A stretch of 64,000 nucleotides of DNA, taken from NCBI GenBank assembly GCA_038087875.1, contig CM075998.1:1240001-1304000 (forward strand). The letters are read 5' to 3'. Shown one piece after another: positions 36,101 through 48,239 of this stretch (the first letter of the stretch is position 1; every line of letters starts with the position of its first letter). A program made the translations under genes and the position numbers. This DNA is from Malacoraja senta. Its lineage: Eukaryota. A model generated the notes under the pieces. It saw only the letters and a program-made list of their open reading frames with translations. It did not search any database and was not told the origin of the DNA.

Positions 36101-38819
36101 TTTAAAATCTCTCTTCAACCAAGGTTTTGGTACTCCTAATATTTTCCTTTCAGCTCAGTGTCAAATTTTGCTAATACTCCTTTGATGCCACTTGGGATAT
36201 GTTACTATGTTGCAGGCACTGTATTAATGCAATTTGCTGCCATCAAGACGTGCCTTACTGCAGGTGACAGCCCGGCTGGTAGAAGACTACAGCTGATGAT
36301 GAATTTTAATTGCTAACTTGGGTTTGCTCCAAATGCTGTTGCGATTTATAAGGTGCAGAAGGTGGCCATTCAGCCCATCGTGACTGGTGGCGATGCTGTT
36401 GGCTGCTCTCTTCTTGCCTTTTGCAGCCAGCTTTCAGCTCCATTCAGCTTTTTAAGGCCACTTTTGCTCAGTGCAGAAGGCAGATAAATGAGATGTTAGG
36501 GGGTTAGAGGTTGGGTTTCTTCATTGAATTCATGTTATTATGTTGTTAGCTGATTAAATGTTAGAATCAGTTATAATGACTGTAAATAGACAATAGGAGA
36601 CAAATATGGGGACATATGTGGAGACTATTGCTTGAGTTATGTGTAGGAAGGAACTGCAGATGCTGGTTTAAACCGAAGATAGACACAAAATGCTGGAGGA
36701 ACTCAGTGGGACAGGCAGTATCTCTGGAGAGAAGGAATGGGTGACGTTTCGGGTCGAGACCCTTCTTCCTTGAGTTAGTTATGGTCGAAAAGGTGTGTGA
36801 GGTGGTTGGAGATGTTCATCCCAACTTCTATCAGACAAAACTTGCTTCCAATGCAGTCTGGTAGCAGCTGGAGAGTGCCAGCAGCAACCTATCCTGGGTG
36901 ACCAGAATTAGCCCTGCCCATCCTTTTGTGACACTGATTGAAGTGGTTGCCTGGCTGTTAAATAATTTGAAGCGGATTAGTACAGGTGCCAGGGGTTATG
37001 GGGAGAAGGCAGGAGAATGGGGTTGAGAGGGGAAGATAGATCAGCCATGATTAAATGGCGGAATGCCCTAATTCTGCTCCTTGAACTTGTGAACTTACGA
37101 TGTACATGCTTCCTGTGCCAATGGGTTTCCTGCTTGGAGGATGTCATCCTGGATTAAATGCCTGTACCCGACTGGAACCCCCCAATACTTGGTGCTTGGG
37201 AGAGGTTTCATCTCCAGTTTTAACTACAATGTCTGAGCTGACATGTTGGTAATGTTTGGATGTAATTCAGCAAATGTAGGCTCTCCAAATTTCACGGAGA
37301 TGGTAGGGCCTGCATTTTCACAGCCCCTTTCAGGATGTCCACAACCACTTCACAACCGATGAAGCTTTTTTTGAAATGTCACAGTTGCAGTAAAAAAATG
37401 GCAGGCAAATAGCACCAAGTGATCTCTCAAAGAGAAAGGCAGTAAGGGCCAGGTAATGTGCTTGAGTGATGCTGCATCCAAGGACACCATGTCCTTTTTG
37501 AATAATGTCGTGGGATCTTTTATTCCCACTCCAGGACTGACAGGCCGTTGGCTGAACATCTGAAGGATGGCGCCTCTGACAGTGCGGCACTCCCCCCAAC
37601 ACTGTATTGGATATTTCAGCCTGGATTTCTTGCTCGAGCCTCTCAAGTGAGACATGAGCCCACAACTTTCAGCCTCGGGGACAAGGGTGCTGCTCACAGA
37701 GTCCTGGCTGACTCGATGCGAAGGACTGTGGGCTGGCCCTCCCACACTGAGAAGGGCTACGTTTGTGGTGTGACGCTACAGTCTTTAACGACTAGCAGTT
37801 GTTCCTCTGAACTGTATTAACACCAGTCTCTTGTCCTTAAGGTGGACAGGATGTCCTTTCCATGTGGCTGCTCTAAAGATGGCTGCGCCAACGTGGCTGG
37901 CCGGATTGAATTTAACCCCATCCGCGTCCGGACACACTACCTGCACACCATCATGAAGCTAGAACTGGAGAACAAGCAGCAGGACCTGCAACAGCTGTCG
38001 CTGGCCGTCACCCATGCCTCCAGCGGCAGCCACACGGAAACGCAGGACTACCAGGATTTTGCTGCGGAAAATTACGACTTGGAGAACGAGACTGCAGTGA
38101 TGCACTTACAGTCTGCTGAGGAGATGGACAGGAAAAAGGAGGAAGAGGCTGATTTAACCAGTTCTAGTGTAACCATGGATACCAGTGTAGAAAGCCTAGA
38201 AGTTTGTATATTAGGAGATACAGTAGCTAGCGCAAGTGAAGCGTGCCAAGGCCTAGCGACGCCAGTTGTGATCGAAGCAGAAGTGACTCCTGTTTCTCCT
38301 GTGTTGTGTTTTGCTGACAGTGCTGTTCAGGATAACCCGACGCCCGAGGAACAGACATATTTAAGAAATTCCACAGTGTTGTATTATCAAATAAACCCGA
38401 GCTGTGCTGTAGGTGTGAACTGCAGCGATAGGGAGGGTGATTATGTGGAAGCGGCTTTAGAATCCGATTACCCAAAGAAAACCACTGTAGAAAATTTGGT
38501 TGCTGCTACCAGTGGTTCATTGGCATCATACGTGCCTGTCACTGAGCACTTTTCTCAAAACACAGGGACCTCTAAATATCAGAACATCCAATTTCCTTCG
38601 GTGGATGACAGTGCTGCATTAGTCAATTATGGTACCATTCTGCACACTGAAAATCCTAAGCAGGAGCCCCAATTCAATTCAAACCTTCAAGGTGGCTGCC
38701 TCGGGGCTTCTGAGGGTGACCTTTGTGCAGCTGAGCCGGCTGTGCAGAAGATGTTTTGCCAGTCTGAAGGTCTGAAGACCCCAGAGGATGTCCCAGCAGC
38801 AAACCCAGTAACTCTGTAA
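24032..38819 (+). CDS. CSRNP2: Cysteine/serine-rich nuclear protein 2 (4 coding exons; 1-nt frameshifts in coding exons 1-2 as assembled)
   Basis: Exons 24032-~24191, 27570-27827, 33203-33499, 37842-38819. They encode LKRKFEEVD...[68 protein letters not shown]...[42 protein letters not shown]...[21 protein letters not shown] and the CSRNP2-type [14 protein letters not shown] / [10 protein letters not shown] / VLCF / VLYYQ motifs. Adjacent to LETMD1 as in human. Confidence 0.95.
25384..25524 (-). mobile_element. Same SINE-like element, copy 2
   Basis: 13-bp TSD GTTTGGTGCTGCT (25371-25383, 25525-25537), (AAG)n tail, same 5' start GGGGTGG as copy 1. Confidence 0.9.
25471..25524 (-). ncRNA. Predicted HDV-like ribozyme, copy 2 (one P2 mismatch)
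   Basis: GGGGUGG AA GAUUGAA ACC UUCACGU GGU CUGCCCU GU UUCG A C UAA UGCAAUC. Confidence 0.7.
26915..27255 (-). mobile_element. tRNA-derived SINE (HE1/V-SINE-like) with CR1-type tail
   Basis: Head with B-box GGTTCAATCC, central ccagtttcttcccacatcccaaagacgtgc, tail aagggccggtttccgtgctatatctctctatga. Confidence 0.7.
27570..27827 (+). CDS. CSRNP2: CSRNP2 coding exon 2 (apparent 1-nt deletions)
   Basis: tttcag|CA...AAG|gtaaat; [83 protein letters not shown]. Confidence 0.92.
30762..30961. other. Assembly gap (200 N) in a CSRNP2 intron
   Basis: Run of N. Confidence 1.
31307..32110. mobile_element. Penelope-like element remnant with inverted terminal copies and GIY-YIG ORF C-terminus
   Basis: Minus strand ~31650-31750 encodes [33 protein letters not shown]. 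Terminal repeat copies at 31307-31445 (-) and 32012-32110 (+); inner inverted pair at 31480-31512 / 31888-31920. Confidence 0.75.
32390..32625 (+). mobile_element. Penelope-derived repeat with intact minimal hammerhead-like core
   Basis: CTGAAGA A GGGTC CT GACCC GAAA CGTC at 32534-32561, followed by gatgctgcctgac...ctgagttac consensus. Confidence 0.65.
33203..33499 (+). CDS. CSRNP2: CSRNP2 coding exon 3
   Basis: caacag|TTG...CAG|gtaagg, 297 nt, [12 protein letters not shown]...CSKAGIKCQ. Confidence 0.96.
33750..34270 (-). mobile_element. Old Penelope-like fragment
   Basis: Shares gtggcctcactctgg / ggaatatgagg ORF-end sequence with 31700-31770, plus the purine-rich UTR. Confidence 0.55.
36641..36770 (-). 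mobile_element. Penelope-derived short repeat with TSD
   Basis: Consensus gaagggtctcgacccgaaacgtcacccattccttctctccagaga...; flanked by CTTGAGTTA (36631-36639 and 36769-36777). Confidence 0.7.
37370..37710 (-). mobile_element. Deu-domain SINE (SacSINE1/AmnSINE1-like)
   Basis: Minus strand ggagtgccgcactgtcagaggcgccatccttcagatg...aaaagatcccacgacattattc resembles the recalled Deu core. Confidence 0.6.
37842..38819 (+). CDS. CSRNP2: CSRNP2 terminal coding exon
   Basis: ccttaag|GTG GAC AGG ATG..., open for 325 codons to TAA at 38817-38819. Confidence 0.96.
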   Translation: MDRMSFPCGCSKDGCANVAGRIEFNPIRVRTHYLHTIMKLELENKQQDLQQLSLAVTHASSGSHTETQDYQDFAAENYDLENETAVMHLQSAEEMDRKKEEEADLTSSSVTMDTSVESLEVCILGDTVASASEACQGLATPVVIEAEVTPVSPVLCFADSAVQDNPTPEEQTYLRNSTVLYYQINPSCAVGVNCSDREGDYVEAALESDYPKKTTVENLVAATSGSLASYVPVTEHFSQNTGTSKYQNIQFPSVDDSAALVNYGTILHTENPKQEPQFNSNLQGGCLGASEGDLCAAEPAVQKMFCQSEGLKTPEDVPAANPVTL

Positions 38820-39377
38820 TCCATTTCTGTATTCTGTAGCTAGTTTGCACAATTGCTTGTAGCTTTTTGCTGATTTAAATGTCTATTTATTTAGGATGTT
38901 TTTTAAACACAAAACCTTTTTTTAAAGAGTAGCAGAAGATTGAAGTTGGGGCTTTTTTTTTAAAGAAGTGGAAGGTTCATTCAATCTGGATATAAACAGA
39001 AACTTGCCCCTTGCTACCCGAAAGGCTGGAGGTAGGAGACAATTGTAGGCTGCCACAGCCTGGTTATTGAGATTGTGTGGTTGAATCAACTGTGACATAT
39101 TCTCTTTTATCTATAAAAAAAAAAGACATGTATTCTTTTTCCCCACAAGGCTGTATGCCCTTTCTCACACATGCACAGCCGAGCAGTGGTTGACATCGGT
39201 AGAGGGAATGCTTCAGATTAATTTTGCATTGCATTTCAAGCCATCTCCAGCATCGGTAAAGTCTGGTATTCCTCTGACTGAGCTGCCATTGCTCTTGGCT
39301 CCTGGGCAGATCTGAGTAACTTTATTGGTTAATTTCCTCCAAAGGGAACACCTAGTAATCTTGGATGGAAACCTATA

Positions 39378-39446
39378 CTGGGTAGTGCAGTATATTTCAT
39401 GCGGCCTCTCACAAAGAGGCCGCATGAAATATACTGCACTACCCAG
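39378..39446. repeat. Perfect 32-bp inverted repeat with 5-nt loop
   Basis: CTGGGTAGTGCAGTATATTTCATGCGGCCTCT-CACAA-AGAGGCCGCATGAAATATACTGCACTACCCAG. Confidence 0.97.
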
Positions 39447-40009
39447 CCCTCAACAGTGAACTGTTTGCTTAATGGATCCTGAATCCAGTCACCTGTACGT
39501 TGGCTGCACCACCATTCACCCAAGGCTGTACAGAAATTACCTTGTCTTACACCTGTCACCTTAAATCTTGCCTCTCTTCCTAATCACTATTTGTTCCCCC
39601 ATTGCATGATGATTAAGAGGCATTGACTCCATAAGAATATTTTTGCCACATTTTGTTTGGGTGGGGTGCCACTGATATGAAATTCATTTTAGTACTGTAA
39701 TGTGTTTGGACAATTTTGTGTATTTGATGAAGGGTACCATTATTCTGTCTGTCAATGTAGAAAGTGCCACCTTTTGAATTGGGTTTTATTCAGAGAACCT
39801 GAAAATATGCACACTTATGTGCTCGCTTCCCACTCTCAAATCTGCTTCTTTACGAAATGCCCAAGTTAGAATCTACAAAGTATTTCAAAACTGTTTGTTC
39901 TCTGGGTGAGACAGTGTTTAGAATATTCATATTACAATTAATTTATTTTCTTGCCATTTCTGTTTTGTCTAGTTGAGGGAAATATATTTGCCTGTTGAAA
40001 CTTTGTTAT

Positions 40010-40745
40010 AGTCATACAGCGTGAGAACAGGCCCTTTGGCCCAACTTCCCACACCTCTGCTTCTTGATTTCTGGATAAAAGTACATTTACCATATCTATT
40101 CCACTCATGATTTTATACACCTCTATAAGATGACCCCTCCGCTTCCTGCGCTCCAAGGAATAAAATCCTTGTCTACTCAACCTCTTAGCTCAGTCCCTCG
40201 GGTCCTGACAACATCCTCGTAAATCTTCTCCGCCCTTTCCAACTTAATAACTTATTTCCTATAACAGGGTGACCAAAACTGAACACAATACTCTAAATGT
40301 GGCCTCACCAATGTCTTGTACAACTAACATGACCTCCCAACTTCTATACTCAATACTCGAACTGATGAAGGCCAATGTGCCAAAAACCTCTTGACCATCC
40401 TATCTACCTGTGACGCCACTTTCAAGGAACTATGTACCTGCACTCCTTGATCCCTCTGCTCTACAACACTCCCCAGAGCCCTGCCATTCACGGTGGATGT
40501 CCGGCCTCGTTAGACTTCCCAAAATGCAACACCTCGCACATCTCTGCATTGAATTCCATCAACCATTCCTCAGCCCACCTGGCCAACCGATCAAGATCCT
40601 GCTGTAATTTTTGGCAACCATCTTCACTGTTTTTAATACCACCCACTTTAGCGTCATCTGTATGTTCTCATCCAAATCATTGATATGGATGACATACAAC
40701 AATAGGCCCAGCACTGAACCCTGAGGCACACCATTTGTCACAGGA
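40010..40745 (-). mobile_element. CR1 LINE fragment antisense within the presumed CSRNP2 3'UTR
   Basis: VTNGVPQGSVLGLLLYVIHINDLDEN, YSLERRKRRGHLIEVYKIM. Confidence 0.85.
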
Positions 40746-41299
40746 ACTGGGTTAAGCACATTGATGACATTTAGAGCTTCTTAATAGCTGTAGCATTCTT
40801 ATCCTGCACAGTATCTGTCTGTACACCATTCTTTAGTCTGTGTACCTGAATTGTTTCACCATTACCAATCCCTTCCAAAAACAATACTCTTAGTGAAGGT
40901 GAGGTGAGTATCCAGTGATACAAAATAATACTTAAAATGTAATCCCTTTCCCATTCTACTGAGAGCAAAATTGTGGCTGAGCTTCTCATCTATAGCTCAA
41001 CAAGTCAAAAGGGCACAGGGAGAAGAGGTTTGAGATGCTGTGGGTTTGCTGTTTTGGAGGTTTTGTAAGATCATTTTGTTGCTGACAATGAAACAGCTGA
41101 ATGCCTTTTCACCTCTTGCTCTTAAACCTACATGTATGTTCTTGGTTCTTGCAGCAATTCTCAAAAGCGCTCCAATAATTTTGCATGTCTGATCTGACCA
41201 AAACAAGGCCCAGTGTTCAAGGTCCACGATGACCAGAGGCTGACAGTTTGGTTTGCACAGATATTTGAAGCTCATAAACCCATTTATATTTTCTTACCC

Positions 41300-41580
41300 T
41301 GCCAAGTGTTACCCATTCCCAATTGCCCTTGAGAAGGTGGGGTGAGCTGCCGTTTTGAACTGCTGCAGTTCCCCTGATGAAGATGCTCCCACAGGGCCGT
41401 TGTGGAAGGAGTTCCAGCATTTAGACCCAGGAACTTTGAAATAACCATGATTATATTTCCAAGTAAGGACGGAGTGCAACTTGGAAGGGAACCTGCAGGC
41501 GATGGTGTTTTTCTGTACCTGCTTGTCTTGTCCTTCAGGGTGGGAGAGGGGAGGAGAGGAAAGTCCTGGCAAATTGGTAA
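41300..41580 (-). mobile_element. Ancient CR1/L2-type 3' repeat (related copies ~14040-14700, 19860-19990, 30100-30340)
   Basis: Shared motif ctgcagcagttcaa...ggcagctcac...accttctcaagggcaatt and cttggaaatata. Confidence 0.55.
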
Positions 41581-44500
41581 TGATTTATTATTGTCACCTG
41601 TCCCGAGGTAGTGGAAAACTTTGCTATTGCAGAGTAACTTGTAGACAGAATGCACTGCACTGTTAGGTCTCATTCACATTACAGCTGAAGTGATCATTTA
41701 CTCACCCTTGTGTTGCTTTGAATGTCTATCCTTCATTAGGAGTAAGATTTTGTAGCTGTGTGTCAGAATGCAGATGTAAAATTGGAATGAGGTGAGAAGG
41801 GATTAATTCCTTTGTGAGGGGTCTCTCTTATTTCCACCAGAAGGGAAGGGGGGGGGGTGTTAGTGCGTGTTGGGGTCCCCTTGCACGTGCTTCAGTGTCT
41901 AGATGCCTGTTCAGTGCATCCAAATCCAGGCAGATGTGAATTAGAATAAGGATGGTCTTTATATACCTGGCCCTAATCAAGGACAATTTGTTGAGGACTG
42001 TACTTATACACCTGACCCCAATCTGGCATCGGCTGTAGGTGTTCAATCAACATTTATCTCCAAATGCTATCTTTGTTTCAGAAGAACCACCAATCTGTAA
42101 GCTAATGTTGGTGTTGAAGAAGCCTTGTCGGAACTCTTTCTAGTTGATCTATCCTGTTTACAGGAACAACTCTCAATTTTTAAATCCAGTCAGGCTCTGA
42201 AGCCTATAAACTGCAACTTGGATCTTGCATCTTAACCTGCAGTCAATGTGTAACAGTTTGATTTAGTGAGAGGTCATTTGAACAAAGCACACAGCAAGGA
42301 GGAAAACAGTGATCTGAAATGACCGGAGATTATGCATTGAATCCGAAAGGTACCTTTTAAAAAAGTTAATGAGTCATTGATTTTTGTTTTGTTTTGCTTT
42401 TGTGGTGGTAATGCAGTCTTTCGATCTGTCCACTGCAAGTGCTGAAGTTTCTATCTCTGTCGGTATGTGGTTGTCAGTCTGTGTCCTTCATAGTTATCTC
42501 TGAATGATTCACTGGCCAATGGCCTTATAGCAGAGAGTCCAAGTTAATTTTATCCAGCGAGTGATTTAAAAAAATATATATATCATAGGTGGGGTATGTT
42601 GCTTCAAGTTCTGCTCTTCATATCTTTTTGAATAGATCTGGTTTCATTTAAGAAAAAAAATCTACTTCCCCTCCTCCCTGACCTCTGCCCTGTCTGCTCC
42701 GAGTCTGACGTAGCCAGCATTTTTTCCTTGTGCCTGATCACTGCCGTTACACAGCATCACAGTTGGAGTTCTGCCACTGCACAGTTCCACATGCCATTGG
42801 CCTCTCCCACCGCCTCTGAAGCTGCCGGTCAGCTCACATCGAGTTGGACCTGTACAGAGAGTGAGCTCTGCACCTTTTCAGATGTGCAGCAGTCGTTGTC
42901 TGGCTGCTGGAGGAGGCTTGGCATACATCACTTTCATCATGGGACCACAAGCGGCTTTGGAGAGCATCTCGTCACCTCTCCACCCATTTCAAGGGCTGCG
43001 TGCAATGTTACTTTGATTAAAATTGGCCCAATTTCAGATGGGTTCAAACGTATCGTGTGAATCTGCCCTCCAAAAGAGGCTTTCTACTGCACACCTTCGT
43101 GCTGAATCTGAAGTTTCCAGAATTGCATAGCAGGCTGGGCTTGTCACCTGACTTGCTGCTAATCCTTTCATTTACAATTCCTGACTCTTTCACTCAGCTT
43201 CTCCCAATTCTGGCATCTGCCTTGAAACAAATCTACAATTGAAATGGAATAATTTGTTGAAATGACTAAGGCTGACAGCCACTTGTGGGGAGTTCAACTC
43301 ACAAGTGATTCAATACACTTTTTATGAAAAGCACTTTGGTAAAACTGGATGAATATGTGGGGAGAATTTATTTAAATATATTTGTCTTGTGAATTATGTA
43401 TAAAAATGTGTAAAATTCTTTGTTAAATCACTGCATACTGGTTATCAGCATTGATTGGTTTATTTATAAGGAATAATTTGAAAAAGCTGAGCGTATGAGA
43501 AGCTATGTTTTAAGCAGTGTGCATATCCAACTGGATGAATTTGTAGGAAAACAGTGTGATTTATGTGAGTATGATTGAAGCTGAACAGATGCCATGTTTG
43601 AGAAGGGAAGTGTGTAAAATGATTTCAGCTAAACCTGGCTCGGATAGTCTGTTCAGTCAAAAGAAGAGTAGATCCTTTGTTGGCTGGAGGGAGGATGGAT
43701 TAAAAAATAAACCCGACTGGCCAAAAGAAAACTTGGGCAGAGCTTTCAAATGAGGCTATTGGGACAGCCAGTGTGAAAATGGAATATGTCACATTAGCCA
43801 CCAGTTGCTCTGTGGCTGAAATTAAACAGTCTTGTGAAGATACTGTCCGAGGAATTTTGATCCTGCATTTAACCCTCCTAAGTTTGGATGTGCTTGATAC
43901 AAATATCTGGTGCTCAAAGGGGAAAATGATCTGTACTGCGAATTCACAAAGATCCAAGAACAGTCTTAAACAGTGATTCATGAAGGCTTTTTATTCACGG
44001 GATGAATAAAAAAATGCAAGGCCAGCATTTAATGAACATCTTTAAATGCTGCTAAAACTGAATGGCTTGCCATTTCAAATGTCAGTTAAGAGTCAAACTG
44101 TATTGCTACGCACAAAAGCCAGACAAGGTAAAAAGAGTGGAGATTTCGTTCTTGGAAAGACATTAATAAAACTAATGGTTGTTATACTCTTTTCATCTTA
44201 TGGTATAAGTTTTTGGGGCTGTGGGAGAGGGGAAGAAATTTGAATAAGATTTTTTATTGATAGTTGTCACTGTTGCACTTTGTTAGTGGCCTTGTGACCA
44301 GTTTGGTGCAAATGTATCTGTAGGTACTGTACATATAATATAATGCTTCTCACTGCTGCCATCTTAAGGGGGAAATCAACGTTACAAACAGCTTTGAAAG
44401 TAATTGGGACAAAAAACATCTTGAAGCAGACTGAGGTAAAACTTGCATTTTTGAAAAAAACTATTTGGCGTGCGCTGTGACTCTGAACACGAAGGAGTAG

Positions 44501-45659
44501 CTGATTCTGAAGTGCTTTAAAGTGGTCTTGGAGACCAACTGTGCCAGTTTTAACTGGTGGTGGGGGTGCAGGAGGGAAGCGGATGTGGGAGCGGGGGGGG
44601 GGGGGTAGTAAGAGTTTTCAATTTTTATTTAATGGGGTGTGTCAAGCAAATGTCACCACTTGGAACACAGCATTCCTGCCACTACTGGGATTTTATAAAG
44701 CAAACACTGCATCTAGGACCGTAAACACAAAATGGTTCTGTAAGTAGCTCGACACCACATTGCACCATGTTTGGATTACTGCCCTATATCCAAGAAGCTC
44801 TGCATTCGAAGCTGCTGCAAAGCAAGTGGACAAGTTACTGACAGTTTTAATGCAACAACCGTCTGCATTGTACCAGTTGCTTATAAGAAAGTGCACTTGT
44901 GCAAATTTTACATCATATTTTATAGTAAATTTAATGATAACCTGCAGGACCAAGAGGAGAGGGTATGAACTGTCTATGGAGTTGAATGTCTCACTAGAAT
45001 TTGCCTCTTTTAACAAGTTGCTGAACTGAGTTGCTTCAATGTTTTGATGCCAGCTGTCACTATGTGAATGACTGCAAACTATTGTACTGTTGGAGAATAT
45101 AAACTGACAACAAACCTGCAATATTAATGCAGGGCATACTCAAAAAGTATTTCTAAAGTGACCAAGGACTGAGATGTTTATGTGATCAAATGTAAACTAG
45201 TTTAAGTCTAAGTTGCTTCTTGCTGATTTGTTCTGCCATATTATTCTGTGTTGGTTGTAATCCTCGTTTCTCTTCCCTGCCCCAGCCAACTGTAAATGGG
45301 TTGCATTTTGTCTCCAAACCATAATCGGGCATGAAAGCGCACAAACATCTCTGCACCATTTCCATCGCAATGCATCTGTTGTGTCGCAAAATTGTAATCT
45401 TGACGCAAATTGCAACATTGAGATTAGCGGCTGACAAACATCGTAAAACATTTATTTTCAATAAAGGCTCTCACCCTTTGAATCAATACTGCAAAGTGGA
45501 CTTTCTCTGCCCTGAGTCTGGTTTGTGTTGTGTGAAAATGGTACACGTGGGTTTGGATTAAATGAGGCGCAAAGCAAGAACTGGGGAATTACTTAGCACC
45601 TCCCCTTTGGAGCTGCTCCTATTCTGTGAACAATACAGGGATTCTTCCACCATGGCTCA

Positions 45660-46100
45660 GATTTTCTCCTCTTTCTGAGTCTGAGATTGTGCATTCAAGT
45701 CCTGCTAGAGAGGCATGAGCACAAGCTCTAGATTGGCACTCCCAGTACAGTGTAATGCTGGAGGGGCAATGCTGAGGGAGCTGTGTTGCCAGAGGGGCAA
45801 TGCCAAGAGTGTCAGGCTGGCAGAGGAGCAATGCCAATGTAGCACCCCACTTTTACAAGTCATTTTTTTTGCAAGTTATGAAAGAGGCCGGATGCAAAAG
45901 ATTTCACAGCTCTCTTCAGAGGAGCAGGGGTGATCTCCCTGGTCTCCTGACCAAGAATATTCCTGCAACCAACATTAAGGAGCAGATCATCAGGCCCTTA
46001 CCTCTCTGCTGATTATGGGAGCTTGGTATGCGCAATATGTCTGCCACTTTTGCGACAGCATTACTGTCCGGAATTATTTACTGTGAAGGAGACGAACCAT
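45660..46100 (+). mobile_element. Deu-domain SINE remnant (related fragment 23650-23880)
   Basis: ttcaagtcc...gaggagcaggggtgatctccctggtctcctgaccaa...caaccaacat...gggagcttg. Confidence 0.55.
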
Positions 46101-48239
46101 GTCAGGGTGGTGGTGCACGGGGCAAGAAGACAATTCAAAGTATTAACAAATTACCACAAAGGAATGGAGCCTGAAGAACAATGGGCATGGATTTGATTAC
46201 TTTCCACAAGGTTCTGTCTTCATGGGCAAATAATTGAAAGGAATTTTGTTGGAAACTATTTGGTGGGTGATGGTGGATTGCTATTGAACCAGTGAGAGGG
46301 AGTGCAACATCTTTTCTGGCACTCTGTCCTATATTTGCACATTTAGCTAATGATTTTAGCTAATGATTGCCATTTATGTTAAAGTAAATTGCTAAAAAGT
46401 GTTGGTAGGGTCTCAGCCTGTTAAATTTATATTCCCTAACGCTCGTGAGTCCCTGCTTAATTTCCAGTAAGTGTCAAACTTGAGCTGCTTCAGGGCTTGT
46501 GATTTGTTACAGATAACTGCCACGATTAGTTGGTCAGACCTTAAAGCTTAAAAGGCTACCCCACCAACTATGAGGCTTTGCAAGATTGCCTGTCAACGTT
46601 CCAAGGACAAGCTGCCCCCTCTGTTTAAAAATGCAGTGTCTGACTACCTTTCAATTCCATCCCAAGTGCCAACTGTCCCAAACAGCGGTCTGTGAAATTT
46701 ACTGTCTCGTTTAAATCCCCGGCTTTTTGCAATTGCCACAGAACTACAACAGGAGGTGGGATGAGTCGGTAATAAAGCACAAAGCAATTGTTTTTGTCAC
46801 TTGAATATTCCTTATTCTCAAATGGAACTAATTTTTGCACTAAAGCCAGATTATAGGGTTTTGGTTAATGCTTTTTAAAAATCCAAGCAGGTCCACTAAA
46901 GTTTGAGATTGCTGTACTTTGTCACCATAAACATTATTATCAAATAAGCTGTCATAGTGAAATACTATTTCTCTTTCATCCAAAATGAAGTAATGCAAGT
47001 GTCATATCAAAGCTGCCATTGCTATAATGCAAAAGAAACATTTTAAATATTTATTGAATAAGTTGCTTTAAATCACAGCAGCAAAATGAGAATTTAAAAT
47101 TTGATTCAAAGCATCTGAATTATTTTAAGAAGTTTGAATAGCGTTTCTTTGTTTGAACTGGATCAGTATTTTGTGTTTCAAGTGCCCCTTTCAGGGCTGT
47201 CATTTGGATAGAAAAAACAATCCCTTGTTTAAAAGATTATTCAGGGGATAATGTAGTGTTCTGTTCAATGACCAGTATCCGGCAAGGTAATACAAAGTTC
47301 CTGCTATCTCTTGCTAATGGAGATATCTAAAACAAAAGCCAGCCGAATCGTACAGTGCTGCTCATAGTAGGGCAGCTAAGCTGTGTTTTATAAACACTGC
47401 AGCACTAGTCTGTGCTCAGCATGTATAATATTGCTGCTAAAGTGTAAATGTGCATAAAGTGTTGTATCCCTTTAAGAGCCTGTGGCTGTGCCTTATTGGG
47501 TCAGTAAACGTTGATTGCTCTAAGCACTACTTCAAGTCAATTGGATCTTGGAGAAGCAAGTGTGATGAACATAGATGCAATATTTATATTAAATATTGAT
47601 TGGTGTAAACCTGTTTGATTGAGATTCTGCAATCATTGTGTCTTTTGTAACCATCTTCAATGTTATCAAGTAGATGGAAGGGGGCTCTTACTCCATCAGT
47701 GATTGATGCAACAACCCTAACGCTGAAACCTCCGTTCCAAAGCTGGGGTTTAATCAATGTATCTTAAGGACATTTGGAATGGAGACCAGATGAGCTGTTA
47801 TTGGAAGTTAAAAAGCTGAGGAAGCTGTATAAGTTTTATGGTAACATGACAAGAATTGGTGCATAGTAAACTAAGCAGGGACAGTGAAGCCTAGCCCTAT
47901 CTTTTAGTTATTTTCCCCACTCAATTGTAGCTTCCTGTGCTTCTTTTCCTTCACCCCACCACACACCTTTGTGCATCTAGATCATATCTCTACTGCTTCC
48001 TCTAAGATCTTTAAAAACATGTAGTTGGCCATCTTTTCAGTATTCTGGCCTTTCATATCATGAAGTCACTCACTATGTGCTGCTATTGACCTCTGGGGCA
48101 AGGGACTCAAAAGCTTTACCATGAATTAATTAGTTTTAGGACCTTACTAACAAGGGCTAAATATGATTTACCCAATATCCAGCCCTTGTAGCTTTGTCAT
48201 GTTTACTGGTCACTAACCAACTTGACCAAAGCGTAATGA

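Larger units (their letters stand above)
38820..45490 (+). other. CSRNP2: Probable long CSRNP2 3'UTR with AU-rich elements; poly(A) signal AATAAA 45460-45465
   Basis: ATTTATTTA motifs at 38885 and 43366, TTATTTAT ~43460; AATAAA followed by a GT-rich tract at ~45516-45534. Alternative AATAAA at 44005. Confidence 0.5.

Noticed and set aside
39383-39404. TAGTGCAG start resembling miR-130/301/454 family
   Set aside because: Seed differs (AGUGCAG vs AGUGCAA) and the rest does not match recalled family members
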